Below, piece by piece: positions 26,195-34,930 of a DNA stretch of 34,930 nucleotides (within the stretch, counting starts at the first letter, position 1; every line of letters begins with the position of its first letter). Made by a program: the position numbers and the translations under genes. Source of the DNA: Candidatus Iainarchaeum sp. (GTDB taxonomy: Archaea; Iainarchaeota; Iainarchaeia; Iainarchaeales; JAAZKV01); assembly GCA_028690725.1 (NCBI GenBank), contig JAQVAR010000002.1, positions 1-34,930 on the forward strand. Direction: 5' to 3'. The notes below the pieces were generated by a model. That model was not told the DNA's origin and did no database searches. It saw only the letters and a program-made list of their open reading frames with translations.

Positions 26195-26475
26195 TGGAAG
26201 ATATAATAAAAAAAGTTGAAAAATACGAAGAAACAACAAGAAAAGGATTGGAAAAAATAAAAAAAAAAGAAAAATTATCTGAAAAAGAAGAAAAAATTGC
26301 CGAAGATTTTTTATCAATGGCAAAAAATTATTTTGAAGATGGAAAATTTTTCAAAAAAAAAGAAGATTATTATACTGCTTTAGCAAGTTTTTCATACGCA
26401 CATGCGTGGTTAGATGCAGGAGTAAGAGCACATTTGTTTGAAACAAATGATGACCAATTATTTACTTTACCATAA
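26194..26475 (+). CDS. small helical protein, DUF357-like
   Basis: 93 aa. Its start overlaps the dphB stop (TAATG). The YFEDGKFF...ALASFSYAHAWLDAGVR pattern matches DUF357 proteins from memory. Confidence 0.5.
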   Translation: MEDIIKKVEKYEETTRKGLEKIKKKEKLSEKEEKIAEDFLSMAKNYFEDGKFFKKKEDYYTALASFSYAHAWLDAGVRAHLFETNDDQLFTLP

Positions 26476-26513
26476 AATCAAATATTAAAAAATTCTTTAA
26501 AATTTCTATTAAA

Positions 26514-27056
26514 TTGGCTAATACAAAAAAAAACTATTACCACAAAAATTATAAAAGCCAAAAACATAATATTAGCATGTCAATATACGGCCCAAGAATA
26601 AGATTACCAAGAATAAGCATCCCAAAAATTTCTTTTGGAATACCAAATATTGGTTTGAAAACAATTTTTGCGCTATTATTAATAATACTTGTAATTGCAA
26701 CATTCTTATTTATATTTTCTAATCCAAAAAGTTTTAATCCACACATTAGCGTTTATTGGAAAAACAATCCATTAATTTTAGAAGATGATTTAACAAAAAA
26801 TGCTGAATTAAAACTAATAATAATAAATAATAAAGAAACTATACAAGACATTAATTTAGAAATTAATTCTGAATCAAAAGAAATAATTATTTTTTGCCCA
26901 GATAAAGAATTTCCAAACGTTGCACCAAACCATAAAAGAGAAACTATTTGTTTAATAAGAGTAAATCCCGGTGAAAAAGTTTTTTCTGGGACATATCAAA
27001 TAAATGTAAAAACTAACTTGGGAGAAACAACATCTACTTTAGAAATAATAAAATAA
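26514..27056 (+). CDS. hypothetical membrane-anchored protein
   Basis: 180-aa ORF with a TTG start. It has one TM segment (LKTIFALLLIILVIATFLFIF) and then a beta-rich extracytoplasmic domain. Confidence 0.5.
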   Translation: MANTKKNYYHKNYKSQKHNISMSIYGPRIRLPRISIPKISFGIPNIGLKTIFALLLIILVIATFLFIFSNPKSFNPHISVYWKNNPLILEDDLTKNAELKLIIINNKETIQDINLEINSESKEIIIFCPDKEFPNVAPNHKRETICLIRVNPGEKVFSGTYQINVKTNLGETTSTLEIIK

Positions 27057-27061
27057 ACCTT

Positions 27062-27550
27062 GTGATTCAAAAAAATAATATGAATAATTATAACAATTAT
27101 CTAACAAAAAAAGCTGCTGAATTAATAAGAGAAAATTTTTCTGAAAAAGGAATAACAAACTTATTAGTGATTAAAGTTGGAAAAAAATGTAAAAGAAAAT
27201 TAGGGCACATAAAAGCAATAAAAAATTGTGAATATGGTTCTCTAATAGAAATAAATCCAATGCTCTTTGATTTAGATGTTCCAGAATTTGTTTTAGATTA
27301 TGTTATAATGCACGAATTAACACATTATTTCCAAGGGTTCGGCAGTAATCATGAAAAAAAGTTTAAATACCCTCACAAGGGAAAAATAGTTGAAAAAGAA
27401 TTAACAAAAAAAGGTTGGAAAGAAATACAAGAAAAATCAGATAAATGGTTAAAAGAAAATTGGGCAAAAATATTAATAAAAAATAATTTAGATCCCACCA
27501 TAAAAAGAAAAAGAAGAAAAATATTTTTATACAAAAATTTTTTTAGATAA
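27062..27550 (+). CDS. DUF45/SprT-like zinc metallopeptidase-fold protein
   Basis: 162 aa with the HExxH motif (VIMHELTHY). The context resembles the YgjP/DUF45 family. The start is either GTG at 27062 or ATG at 27080. Confidence 0.6.
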   Translation: MIQKNNMNNYNNYLTKKAAELIRENFSEKGITNLLVIKVGKKCKRKLGHIKAIKNCEYGSLIEINPMLFDLDVPEFVLDYVIMHELTHYFQGFGSNHEKKFKYPHKGKIVEKELTKKGWKEIQEKSDKWLKENWAKILIKNNLDPTIKRKRRKIFLYKNFFR

Positions 27551-27559
27551 AAAAATAAT

Positions 27560-28612
27560 TTATTTTTTAGAATATTTTTTTTCTAAATATTTTATTACAT
27601 TTTTCTTGAATTTATTAAAATGTTTTTTTGGAAATCTTGCAGCACTAGCAGGAAAATGCCCCCCTGCTGAAGAATCATCAAAACCATTTATTGAAAATTT
27701 TGCTAATTCATCACAATTAACATTAAAATCTTGTCTTCTAAAAGAACATTTAACAAAATTTTTTTCAAAACAATAAACTATAAAAGTTTTTTTATGATTT
27801 TTTGAAGAAAATAAGGTACTTAATTTTGAAGGAAGTCTCGGTTTCGTTTCAAAAAAAATTAAATCAACATAATCAAAAAATTCTCCTTTTTTTTCTAAAT
27901 TTTTAATTTCATGGTTTAATAAATTTTGAAAATTTTTGTTTAATTTTGCAAAATCAGATTTTAAAATTTTTTTAGGATTATTGATTTTACACAAAAAATC
28001 AAACAATTCTTTTATTTTTTTTTCATGCATTGAAACTATACAAGAACAAATTTCTGTTATTTCAAATAATTCTTTTTTTGAAAAATTATTACAAATATCA
28101 TTAATAAAATTATCCCATTGATTAAAAGAAAAATCCCCTATAACCCCTATTCCCGCAACCCATTTTTTTCCACCAAATAAATCAAAAACCATTTTACTTG
28201 CAGGGTATTTTGATGATTCTATGTTAGAAAAATCGTTTGGTTTAATAACTAAATAATTTTGAGAAATATTAACTAGCTCAGTTCCCTGATGATGATCAAT
28301 AACAACAAAATCTGTTATAACATTATTAATATCTTGAACTATATCAAAAACAAAATTCTCATTCAAATCAAAAAAAAGAGTTTTATCAGGTTTAAATAAA
28401 TTAAATGGTTTTACAAAAGATTCAGAATTTCTATTAGAATGATCATAAAAAAAAACCATAACTTCTTTTCCATTTGATTCAAAAAAGAGTTTTCCATTTA
28501 CAGCAGCGGTTAAACCATCTTCATCATTATCAGAAATAATTGCTACCTTTTTAATATTATCTAAATCAAGAAAATCAAATAATTTTTTTTTAACAAGCTT
28601 AATATTCTGCAT
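27560..28612 (-). CDS. DHH-family phosphoesterase (RecJ/GAN-like)
   Basis: 350 aa. DHH motifs are present: VAIISDNDEDGLTAA, VVIDHH, and the DHHA1-like SAGGH. Confidence 0.75.
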   Translation of the reverse strand: MQNIKLVKKKLFDFLDLDNIKKVAIISDNDEDGLTAAVNGKLFFESNGKEVMVFFYDHSNRNSESFVKPFNLFKPDKTLFFDLNENFVFDIVQDINNVITDFVVIDHHQGTELVNISQNYLVIKPNDFSNIESSKYPASKMVFDLFGGKKWVAGIGVIGDFSFNQWDNFINDICNNFSKKELFEITEICSCIVSMHEKKIKELFDFLCKINNPKKILKSDFAKLNKNFQNLLNHEIKNLEKKGEFFDYVDLIFFETKPRLPSKLSTLFSSKNHKKTFIVYCFEKNFVKCSFRRQDFNVNCDELAKFSINGFDDSSAGGHFPASAARFPKKHFNKFKKNVIKYLEKKYSKK

Positions 28613-28695
28613 TAACTCACCAGTTAAAAATTAACGTTTAATAGCATTTTTATTACTTTCCCAAATTAAGATTATTGAACATAATAGTGATATTG

Positions 28696-30192
28696 ATGAA
28701 AGAAACACAAAAACAATTTCAAATAGAATTATCAAAATATTTGGCTGAAAAAGATTTTATTTATGGCCCAGAACCAGAATTATATTCACCAATTGCTGGT
28801 TTTTACACATATGGATTATTAGGAAAAGCAATGAAAAATAATTTAGAAAATGAAATACGAAAAACTTTTACAAAAAACAATTTTTTTGAAATAGAATTTC
28901 CAATAATTTCGCCAGAAATAATTTGGAAAGCATCAGGACATTTAGATGGTTTTAATGACCCAGTAATAATTTGTTCAAAATGCAATAATTCTTTTAGAGC
29001 AGACAAATTAATAGAAGAAAAAACAGGAATAATAGCAGATTCTTTTGAAGACAAAAAATTGTTAGAAACAATAAAAGAAAAAAATGTTACTTGCCCTTCG
29101 TGCAAAGGAAGATTTGAATTAAAAATAACACGACACAGTTTGATGATGAAAACAACAATTGGAAAAAATATTGTTGCTTACAACAGACCAGAAACTGCTA
29201 CAACAACCTATTTACCATTCAAACATTATACAAATTTTTTTAGAGGAAAATTACCTTTTACTGTTTTTCAAATAGGAAAAGCTTTTAGAAATGAGATTTC
29301 TCCAAGACAATTATTATTAAGACAAAGAGAATTCACGCAAGCAGAAGCACAAATTTTTTTAAGCAAAGAACAAAAACAAAATTTTGAATTGTTTTGTGAA
29401 ATTGAAAAAGAAGAATTATTATTGTGGACAGAAGAATTACAAAAGAAAGAAGAAAAACCATTAAAGATTTCTTTAAAAGAAGCAATTTCAAAAAAAGTTT
29501 TGAAAAACAAGGCTTACGCATGGTCAATTGGTATTACTTACAAAATGTTTTGTGATATTGGAATACCAAAAGAAAAGATTAGGTTAAGACAACATTGGCA
29601 AAATGAAAAAGCTTTTTATGCAGATGATGCTTGGGATTTGGAAATTGAATTAAACTCTTTTGGTTGGACAGAATGTTGTGGAATACATGATAGAACAACA
29701 TATGATTTAACACAACACCAAAAATTTTCAAACCAAGATTTGACAGTTAGAACAGAAAAAGGAGAAAAAATTATTCCAGATATTATAGAAATTGCTTTTG
29801 GAATTGATAGACCCTTTTTTGCTTTACTTGACATAGCATTTTTTAAAAGAGAAGATGCAAAAAGAACTGTTTTAAGTTTGCCATACCAAATAGCACCAAT
29901 ACAAATTGGTTTATTTCCATTATTAAAAAAAGATGGATTACCAGAAAAAGCAAAAGAAATAAGAAAAGAATTAAACGATTTTAGAATTTATTATGATGAT
30001 TCTGGAAGCATAGGAAAAAGATATTCTAGATTAGACGCTATAGGAGTCCCTTTTTGTATTACAATAGATCATCAAACCTTGAAAGATGACACAGTAACAA
30101 TAAGAGAAAGAGATTCTTTAAAACAAATAAGAGTAAACAAAAAAGAATTACCGCAAAAACTAGGACAATTTTTTGTAAATGGATTTAAGTGA
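28696..30192 (+). CDS. glyS: glycyl-tRNA synthetase (archaeal/eukaryotic alpha2 type)
   Basis: Class II motifs are present (FRNEISPR, GIDRPFFALL). A Zn-ribbon-like insertion reads CSKC...CPSC, and the C-terminus is an anticodon-binding domain. I chose the ATG at 28696. The ORF opens at TTG 28675. Confidence 0.9.
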   Translation: MKETQKQFQIELSKYLAEKDFIYGPEPELYSPIAGFYTYGLLGKAMKNNLENEIRKTFTKNNFFEIEFPIISPEIIWKASGHLDGFNDPVIICSKCNNSFRADKLIEEKTGIIADSFEDKKLLETIKEKNVTCPSCKGRFELKITRHSLMMKTTIGKNIVAYNRPETATTTYLPFKHYTNFFRGKLPFTVFQIGKAFRNEISPRQLLLRQREFTQAEAQIFLSKEQKQNFELFCEIEKEELLLWTEELQKKEEKPLKISLKEAISKKVLKNKAYAWSIGITYKMFCDIGIPKEKIRLRQHWQNEKAFYADDAWDLEIELNSFGWTECCGIHDRTTYDLTQHQKFSNQDLTVRTEKGEKIIPDIIEIAFGIDRPFFALLDIAFFKREDAKRTVLSLPYQIAPIQIGLFPLLKKDGLPEKAKEIRKELNDFRIYYDDSGSIGKRYSRLDAIGVPFCITIDHQTLKDDTVTIRERDSLKQIRVNKKELPQKLGQFFVNGFK

Positions 30193-30817
30193 GATTATGG
30201 ATAGAAATGATTTAAGAAAAAGATTATTAAAAAAAACAAGAGAACAAATAGCTGAGTCTCTTTCTGAAAAAGAGGTCCATATAATAAAAACAATAAAATT
30301 GATTGAAGATTTAGATGAAGTAAATAATTTGTTAATAGAAAATGTTCTTGATTGGGAAAAAAGAAATCCTTCTGGAAACGCTTTAAGAATATTAGCAAAA
30401 CTAAAATTACAATTAAATAATTTGGAAAATGAAAAAGAAGAAGCAAACCAATTTATTAAAGAAGAAATGACTAGTGAAATGCCAGAATTTTCAAAAATAG
30501 CAGGCGAAATTATTGCAGCAAAATTATTATCAGAAGCTGGTTCTAAAAGAAAATTGGCTTTTATTCCATCATCAACAATACAAGTTCTTGGAGCAGAAAA
30601 ATCATTATTTAATCATTTGAAAAAAAGGGGTAATTGTCCAAAACACGGTCACATATTTAATCACCCATTATTACAAAAACTACCAAAACAAAAAAGAGGA
30701 AAAGCAGCAAGAATAATATCAGGAAAACTAAGTATCGCTGCCAAATTAGATTATTTTGGAAAAAAATCTGAAAAAAACTTGTTAGAAGAAGTAGAGAACA
30801 AAATATCAAAATTATAA
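30179..30817 (+). CDS. Nop5/Nop56/58-family protein with coiled-coil and Nop domain only, lacking the N-terminal domain
   Basis: 212 aa. The Nop domain reads AAKLLSEAGSKRKLAFIPSSTIQVLGAEKSLFNHLKKRGNCPKHGHIFNHP...RGKAARIISGKLSIAAKLDYFG. It lies upstream of fibrillarin, as in the archaeal nop5-flpA operon. An alternative start is ATG 30197. Confidence 0.85.
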   Translation: MDLSEIMDRNDLRKRLLKKTREQIAESLSEKEVHIIKTIKLIEDLDEVNNLLIENVLDWEKRNPSGNALRILAKLKLQLNNLENEKEEANQFIKEEMTSEMPEFSKIAGEIIAAKLLSEAGSKRKLAFIPSSTIQVLGAEKSLFNHLKKRGNCPKHGHIFNHPLLQKLPKQKRGKAARIISGKLSIAAKLDYFGKKSEKNLLEEVENKISKL

Positions 30818-30897
30818 AAAAGTATTTAAGGGTTTTAAAAAAATAATTTAAATTTTTAAAAAAGTATTGTTAAAATTTTTAATAAAGAGTGTTCTAT

Positions 30898-31554
30898 ATG
30901 AAAGAATTATTTGAAGGAGTTTATTCTGATGGAAAAAATATTTTTACAAAAAACCTTTTGCCAGGAAAAAAAGTTTATGGTGAAAAATTAATTCAAAAAA
31001 ATGGTATTGAATATAGAACGTGGAATCCATTCAAATCAAAATATTGTGCAGGAATAAAAAACGATTTGAAAAAAAACATTTTTTTTAAAAAATCTATTGT
31101 GTTATACTTGGGTTCTGCAGAAGGAACAAGCGTTTCACACGTTTCAGATATAATTGGAGAAAAAGGAATAATTTTTTGTGTTGATTTAAGCAATATTGCA
31201 ATGCAAAAACTAGCCAAATTGGCAGAAGAAAGAAAAAATTTGTTTCCCATTCTTAGCGATGCTAACAAAATAGAAAATTATTTAGAATTTATTGAAAAAA
31301 ATAGTATTGATATTTTGTTTCAAGATATTTCCCAAAGAAATCAAATAGAAATATTTTTAAAAAACTCAATTTTTTTGAAAAAAAATTGTTTTGGAGCATT
31401 ATCATTAAAAACAAAGAGTATTTCACAAGAAAATGCAAAAAAAACTCTTGAAATAGAGAAAAAAAAATTAGAAGAAAAATTTGAAATAATACAAATAATA
31501 AATTTAGAACCTTTTGAAAAAGAACATTACTTAATAATAGTAAAAAAGAAATAA
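30898..31554 (+). CDS. flpA: fibrillarin-like rRNA/tRNA 2'-O-methyltransferase
   Basis: Contains YGEKLIQKNGIEYRTWNPFKSKYCAGI and the SAM motif VLYLGSAEGTSVSHVSDI. I chose the ATG at 30898. The ORF opens at GTG 30889. Confidence 0.9.
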   Translation: MKELFEGVYSDGKNIFTKNLLPGKKVYGEKLIQKNGIEYRTWNPFKSKYCAGIKNDLKKNIFFKKSIVLYLGSAEGTSVSHVSDIIGEKGIIFCVDLSNIAMQKLAKLAEERKNLFPILSDANKIENYLEFIEKNSIDILFQDISQRNQIEIFLKNSIFLKKNCFGALSLKTKSISQENAKKTLEIEKKKLEEKFEIIQIINLEPFEKEHYLIIVKKK

Positions 31555-31625
31555 AAAATTGACCGTGGTATAGAACTTACAAAAAAATTATAAACCTTGT
31601 TATATACTAATTATATGGTGATTAT

Positions 31626-31853
31626 ATGGTAGAAGTGACAACTATTCAACTAACTAAACCAGTAGTTGAAAAATTAAAAAAAGTCAAAAAATATCCAAGA
31701 CAAAGTTATTCAGAAGTTATTTCAGAGCTTATTGACGTTATTAATAACACAAAAAGAGAAAATCAATATGATGAATTTTTACACAATGTTCAAAAAAGAA
31801 AGATGAAAGAATTATGGGATAACAAAGAAGATGAAGATTGGGAAAGCGCATAG
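31626..31853 (+). CDS. putative antitoxin (ribbon-helix-helix-like)
   Basis: 75 aa. An N-terminal beta-strand plus helices (TTIQLTKPVVEKLKK...SYSEVISELIDV) is followed by an acidic C-terminus. It lies immediately upstream of a MazF/PemK-like ORF. Confidence 0.55.
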   Translation: MVEVTTIQLTKPVVEKLKKVKKYPRQSYSEVISELIDVINNTKRENQYDEFLHNVQKRKMKELWDNKEDEDWESA

Positions 31854-31861
31854 GTGAAAAA

Positions 31862-32185
31862 ATGATTTATTCTAGTGGAGAAGTTATTCTAGCAAATATT
31901 CAATTTTCTGATTTAATTGGAATAAAAAAAAGACCAGCAGTAGTATTATTTGAAGAATTAGGAAATATTGTTGTGGCAGGAATAACCAGTAATACTAAAA
32001 TGAAAGGTATTCCATTAACAAAAAAAGACGGGGCAATAAAAGAATCTGTAATAAAAACAAATTACATTTTTACAATAGCAAATAATTTAGTTGAAAAAAA
32101 ATTATTTTCCCTAACAAAACAAAAAAAAATAATTTTGTACAAAGAATTAGAAACAAAAATATCTAAGCTAAAAAGCCCACAATAA
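31862..32185 (+). CDS. MazF/PemK-family toxin (putative endoribonuclease)
   Basis: The sequence GEVILANIQFSDLIGIKKRPAVVL...VVAGITSN matches the PemK/MazF pattern. The ATG at 31862 is preceded by AGGTGA. Confidence 0.7.
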   Translation: MIYSSGEVILANIQFSDLIGIKKRPAVVLFEELGNIVVAGITSNTKMKGIPLTKKDGAIKESVIKTNYIFTIANNLVEKKLFSLTKQKKIILYKELETKISKLKSPQ

Positions 32186-32266
32186 TTTCAAATTCAATAA
32201 ATCCAAACGACTTAAAAATATTCCCAAAAATTATTGTTAATACAAGCAATTAATATTGCGTTTAAA

Positions 32267-32338
32267 GGATCTGTAGTATAGTGGATAGTACAAAGGATTC
32301 CTAATCCTTTGACGGGAGTTCGATTCTCCCCAGATCCG
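32267..32338 (+). tRNA. tRNA-Arg(CCU), no intron
   Basis: Acceptor GGATCTG/CAGATCC, D stem GTAT/GTAC, anticodon arm AAGGA-TTCCTAA-TCCTT. Variable TGAC, T arm GGGAG-TTCGATT-CTCCC, discriminator G. 72 nt. Confidence 0.9.
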
Positions 32339-32341
32339 TTA

Positions 32342-32369
32342 AATTAACATGTTAATTACTCTTTTTTTT
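32342..32369 (+). terminator. perfect 16-bp palindrome plus T8 run downstream of tRNA-Arg
   Basis: AATTAACATGTTAATT (32342-32357) is its own reverse complement. It is followed by T8 at 32362-32369. Confidence 0.35.
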
Positions 32370-32512
32370 CGTTTTAATTTATCAAAATAATAAAACCCAA
32401 TTTTTTTCAAAAATAACAAAACAAAATTTAATAAAAAAGTGTCGTAAAAATAACTAATTAAAAATGACAATTGACGAAAGCCTTTTTAAGGTTTTTTGAT
32501 TAAATAATTGTT

Positions 32513-33226
32513 ATGGATAAATTGGCAATGACTATTGCTGGTGAAATTACTCTTTCTTCTGATCCCGGTGGGAGTATGAAGAAGTGGAGAGAAATTTTTG
32601 CTATACACCAAACAGAATTAGCATCTCATTTAAAAGTTTCTTCTTCAACAATAAGCGATTATGAAGGTGGGAGAAGGAAGAATCCAGGAATAGGTGTTAT
32701 TTCTAGACTAGTAAAAACATTAATAGATATTGATAAATCAAGAGGGGGAAAAGTAATAAAACAATTAGAAAAAGATTTTAAGCAGGATGAGAGTAAGGCT
32801 TTTGAAAGCCACGAATTTTCTTCAGGAGTAAAAGCAATAGAAATGGTAAGAAAAATTAATGGAAATGTTATTTGTTTGCCGCACAAACTGAAAGAAGAAC
32901 AAATATTTGGTTATACTATAATAGACTCTTTAAAAGTTATTCTAGAAGTTCCAGTTCATGAATACATGATGTTATATGGTAAAACACCAAACAGAGCATT
33001 ATTATTTAGACATGTTGAAAATGGAAGAAGTCCTCTTATCGCAGTAAAAGTTGGTAGATTTAGTACAGATATGAAACCAAATTTAATAATATTACACGGA
33101 GATTTTTCCAAAAAAGAAGTTGACCCAATAGCAATAAAAATTGCTGAGAGTGAAAAAATTCCTCTTGTAACAACAAACATGCCAATGGAAGAAATAATAA
33201 AAAAACTAGGTTCTTTTGAAGAATAA
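32513..33226 (+). CDS. XRE-type helix-turn-helix transcriptional regulator with conserved archaeal C-terminal domain (COG1709-like)
   Basis: 237 aa. The HTH reads HQTELASHLKVSSSTISDYEGGRRKNPG. The C-terminal domain of about 150 aa has unknown function. Confidence 0.7.
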   Translation: MDKLAMTIAGEITLSSDPGGSMKKWREIFAIHQTELASHLKVSSSTISDYEGGRRKNPGIGVISRLVKTLIDIDKSRGGKVIKQLEKDFKQDESKAFESHEFSSGVKAIEMVRKINGNVICLPHKLKEEQIFGYTIIDSLKVILEVPVHEYMMLYGKTPNRALLFRHVENGRSPLIAVKVGRFSTDMKPNLIILHGDFSKKEVDPIAIKIAESEKIPLVTTNMPMEEIIKKLGSFEE

Positions 33227-33269
33227 AAATTATTCAAATTACAAAAATAATAATTTTTTAAATTACTTT

Positions 33270-33971
33270 TTACAATATTTTTATACAAAAAGTGTGTCTA
33301 TATTTTCTTTCACCACTTTTTTCTTCACCAATAAGTTTTTTTGAAACAATTATTTTAACATTATAAATTCGTGCTAATTCTCTTGAAACCTTTGAAGCTG
33401 CTTTTTTTGAACCAATCCACAAATCAAAACCATTTTTTGTTTTAATAATGTTTGATGTTCCACTAAGAGAATCTTTTAACATTTCTTTTTTTAACAAATT
33501 TTTTGTTAATTGTAACATTTCAAAAGAATCTTTTTCACTTTTTGCTCTCAATTGTAAAATAGCTTCTCTGTACGAAGCATTTAATTTCATACAAGAATCA
33601 CAAGTCGTTTCTCTTAATTGAAAATTAATTTCCTTTTCTCTTTCAACCAATGTTTTTGATAACAAACCTCTTACTTGTATTAATGCTTTATAATCTAATC
33701 TAGATTTTTTTTCTAATTCAATAAATATTTTTGGTTGTTTTAATTCTTTGATAATATTAACATTTAAAGCAATTTCTTTTGCAATTGATTCATCATTAAA
33801 ATCAACCCACTTATTTTTGAATAATAATTTCAAACAATACTTGCATAAAAAAAATTTTGGTTTCTCCACTTCAAACAATTCTTTTTTTTTCAAAAAACAA
33901 TCCAAACAAATATTTTCAACGAATTGTTCTGTTTCTTTTCCACATTTTGGACAAAATTTTTTAAAACTCAT
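33270..33971 (-). CDS. NMD3-family (ribosome export/assembly factor-like) protein
   Basis: 233 aa. The N-terminal zinc-binding pattern CPKCG...CLDC...CKYC is characteristic of the NMD3 N-terminal domain. It is shorter than typical archaeal homologues. Confidence 0.65.
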   Translation of the reverse strand: MSFKKFCPKCGKETEQFVENICLDCFLKKKELFEVEKPKFFLCKYCLKLLFKNKWVDFNDESIAKEIALNVNIIKELKQPKIFIELEKKSRLDYKALIQVRGLLSKTLVEREKEINFQLRETTCDSCMKLNASYREAILQLRAKSEKDSFEMLQLTKNLLKKEMLKDSLSGTSNIIKTKNGFDLWIGSKKAASKVSRELARIYNVKIIVSKKLIGEEKSGERKYRHTFCIKIL

Positions 33972-33994
33972 AAAAATAATTATTGTATTGGTAC

Positions 33995-34516
33995 TTAAAA
34001 AGAGTACTTTTTTTTGTAATATTTAAATAAGTCAAAACTATTCCAAGTCTTAATGTTTTTTGATGATAACCCTAACAAAGAAATTATTTCTCTTATTTTT
34101 TTTTCACTTTTTGCTTCTATTTCCAAAAAAACAGGAATATTTGAATATTCGTCAATTTCTATCAAAGCATTTTTTAGTTCAAAAGTAATCCTGTGTTTTT
34201 TTGTAAAAGAATATGGAATTAAACCAATTTTTTCTAAAAATAATTTTGATTTTTCAAAATCACTTACAATAAACTCTATTTCCTCTGCTTTTCTAGCAAA
34301 ACCCCTTGTTTCTTTTCCCTTAAAAGTAAAATAACAACAATCATTCTTTTTTCTTAACCTAATAAGATTTTTTTTCTTAGAAAACTTTTTGTTTGAGGTA
34401 TCAAACAACATTGCTTCAATATTATACTCGCCAATTTTTTTTGCTTTTAATTCTTTTAATTTTTTAATAATTTTTTTCTTATCAATTTCAATTACTTTTA
34501 CTTCAATTTCTTTCAT
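33995..34516 (-). CDS. CYTH-domain protein (class IV adenylyl cyclase / triphosphate tunnel metalloenzyme family)
   Basis: 173 aa with the N-terminal EIEVK signature (ExExK). Alternating charged beta-strand pattern includes LRLRK and IEIDEY. Confidence 0.75.
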   Translation of the reverse strand: MKEIEVKVIEIDKKKIIKKLKELKAKKIGEYNIEAMLFDTSNKKFSKKKNLIRLRKKNDCCYFTFKGKETRGFARKAEEIEFIVSDFEKSKLFLEKIGLIPYSFTKKHRITFELKNALIEIDEYSNIPVFLEIEAKSEKKIREIISLLGLSSKNIKTWNSFDLFKYYKKKYSF

Positions 34517-34518
34517 AA

Positions 34519-34930
34519 TTACTCAAATTCAATTTTTTTATCTAATTCCAAAATACTTGTTTCTATCCCAAGTTTCTCTTGAATTTCTTTCTTAAAAATA
34601 GGCATTACTTCTTTGTCACCATGAACCAAAAAAACTTTTTTAGGAGACCATTTTTTTAGAGTGCCAATCATTTCTTGTTGACTAGGGTGTGCACTTAAAT
34701 CATATTTCTCATATTTACAAGAAACTTTTAACAATTTTTCTTCTGGGCCATAAGGAAGAACTCCTTTTTCTTGTAACATTCTACCAGGAGTACCAATTGC
34801 TTGATAACCACTCAAGTGAATTTTACTATTGGAATCATTCATTAATTTTTGAGCATAACCAACTACTGGTCCTCCTTTCATCATTCCACTTGTTGTTACT
34901 ATAACACAAGGTTTTTTCAAAATTTTTTTT
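34519..34930 (-). CDS. beta-CASP ribonuclease (aCPSF-like), C-terminal part only; the gene continues past the window edge
   Basis: The reading frame is open to position 34930. C-terminal beta-CASP motifs are present: VIVTTSGMMKGGP, LSAHPSQQEM (motif B-like) and FLVHGD (motif C). Confidence 0.8.
   Translation of the reverse strand, partial: KKILKKPCVIVTTSGMMKGGPVVGYAQKLMNDSNSKIHLSGYQAIGTPGRMLQEKGVLPYGPEEKLLKVSCKYEKYDLSAHPSQQEMIGTLKKWSPKKVFLVHGDKEVMPIFKKEIQEKLGIETSILELDKKIEFE

Noticed and set aside
1-34930. Search for CRISPR arrays, rRNA genes, reverse transcriptase or DGR components, and intergenic box C/D sRNAs (TGATGA ... CTGA).
   Set aside because: I saw no regularly spaced direct repeats, no rRNA-like GC-rich blocks and no RT motifs. 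Every TGATGA I noticed lies inside a coding region. A by-eye scan can still miss short or degenerate elements.

Overview
The window is very AT-rich and compact, and the gene content is archaeal. It contains two tRNAs with introns at position 37/38, a Nop5-fibrillarin pair, diphthine synthase, Trm5/Taw2, an NMD3-like protein, a partial aCPSF-type beta-CASP nuclease, a RecJ/DHH-like protein and archaeal-type GlyRS. The small proteins and several bacterial-type genes (long AspRS, Adk, gatCAB) suggest a DPANN-like lineage, but that assignment is inference only. Most of the window is housekeeping: translation, tRNA and rRNA modification, and redox. The strongest anomaly is a mobile-element footprint. 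A free-standing double-motif LAGLIDADG homing endonuclease gene (17057..18055, +) abuts the stop codon of an endonuclease III-like gene (18056..18667, -). A diverged second copy of that gene's last 64 codons sits on the other side of the endonuclease gene (16822..17019, -). This suggests the endonuclease cassette inserted at the conserved VDTH motif and brought its own replacement 3' end. Other points worth a second look:
- a tRNA-Gln(UUG) with a 68-nt intron and a GC-rich, two-hairpin 5' leader;
- an unassigned GC-rich nested-stem element of about 75 nt followed by a T-run (19647..19723);
- a thioredoxin-reductase homologue lacking both NADPH-binding motifs;
- a Nop5 lacking its fibrillarin-binding N-terminal domain;
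- a histidine phosphatase with RHG changed to RAG;
- a MazEF-like toxin-antitoxin pair next to tRNA-Arg.
I saw no CRISPR array, rRNA or reverse transcriptase.
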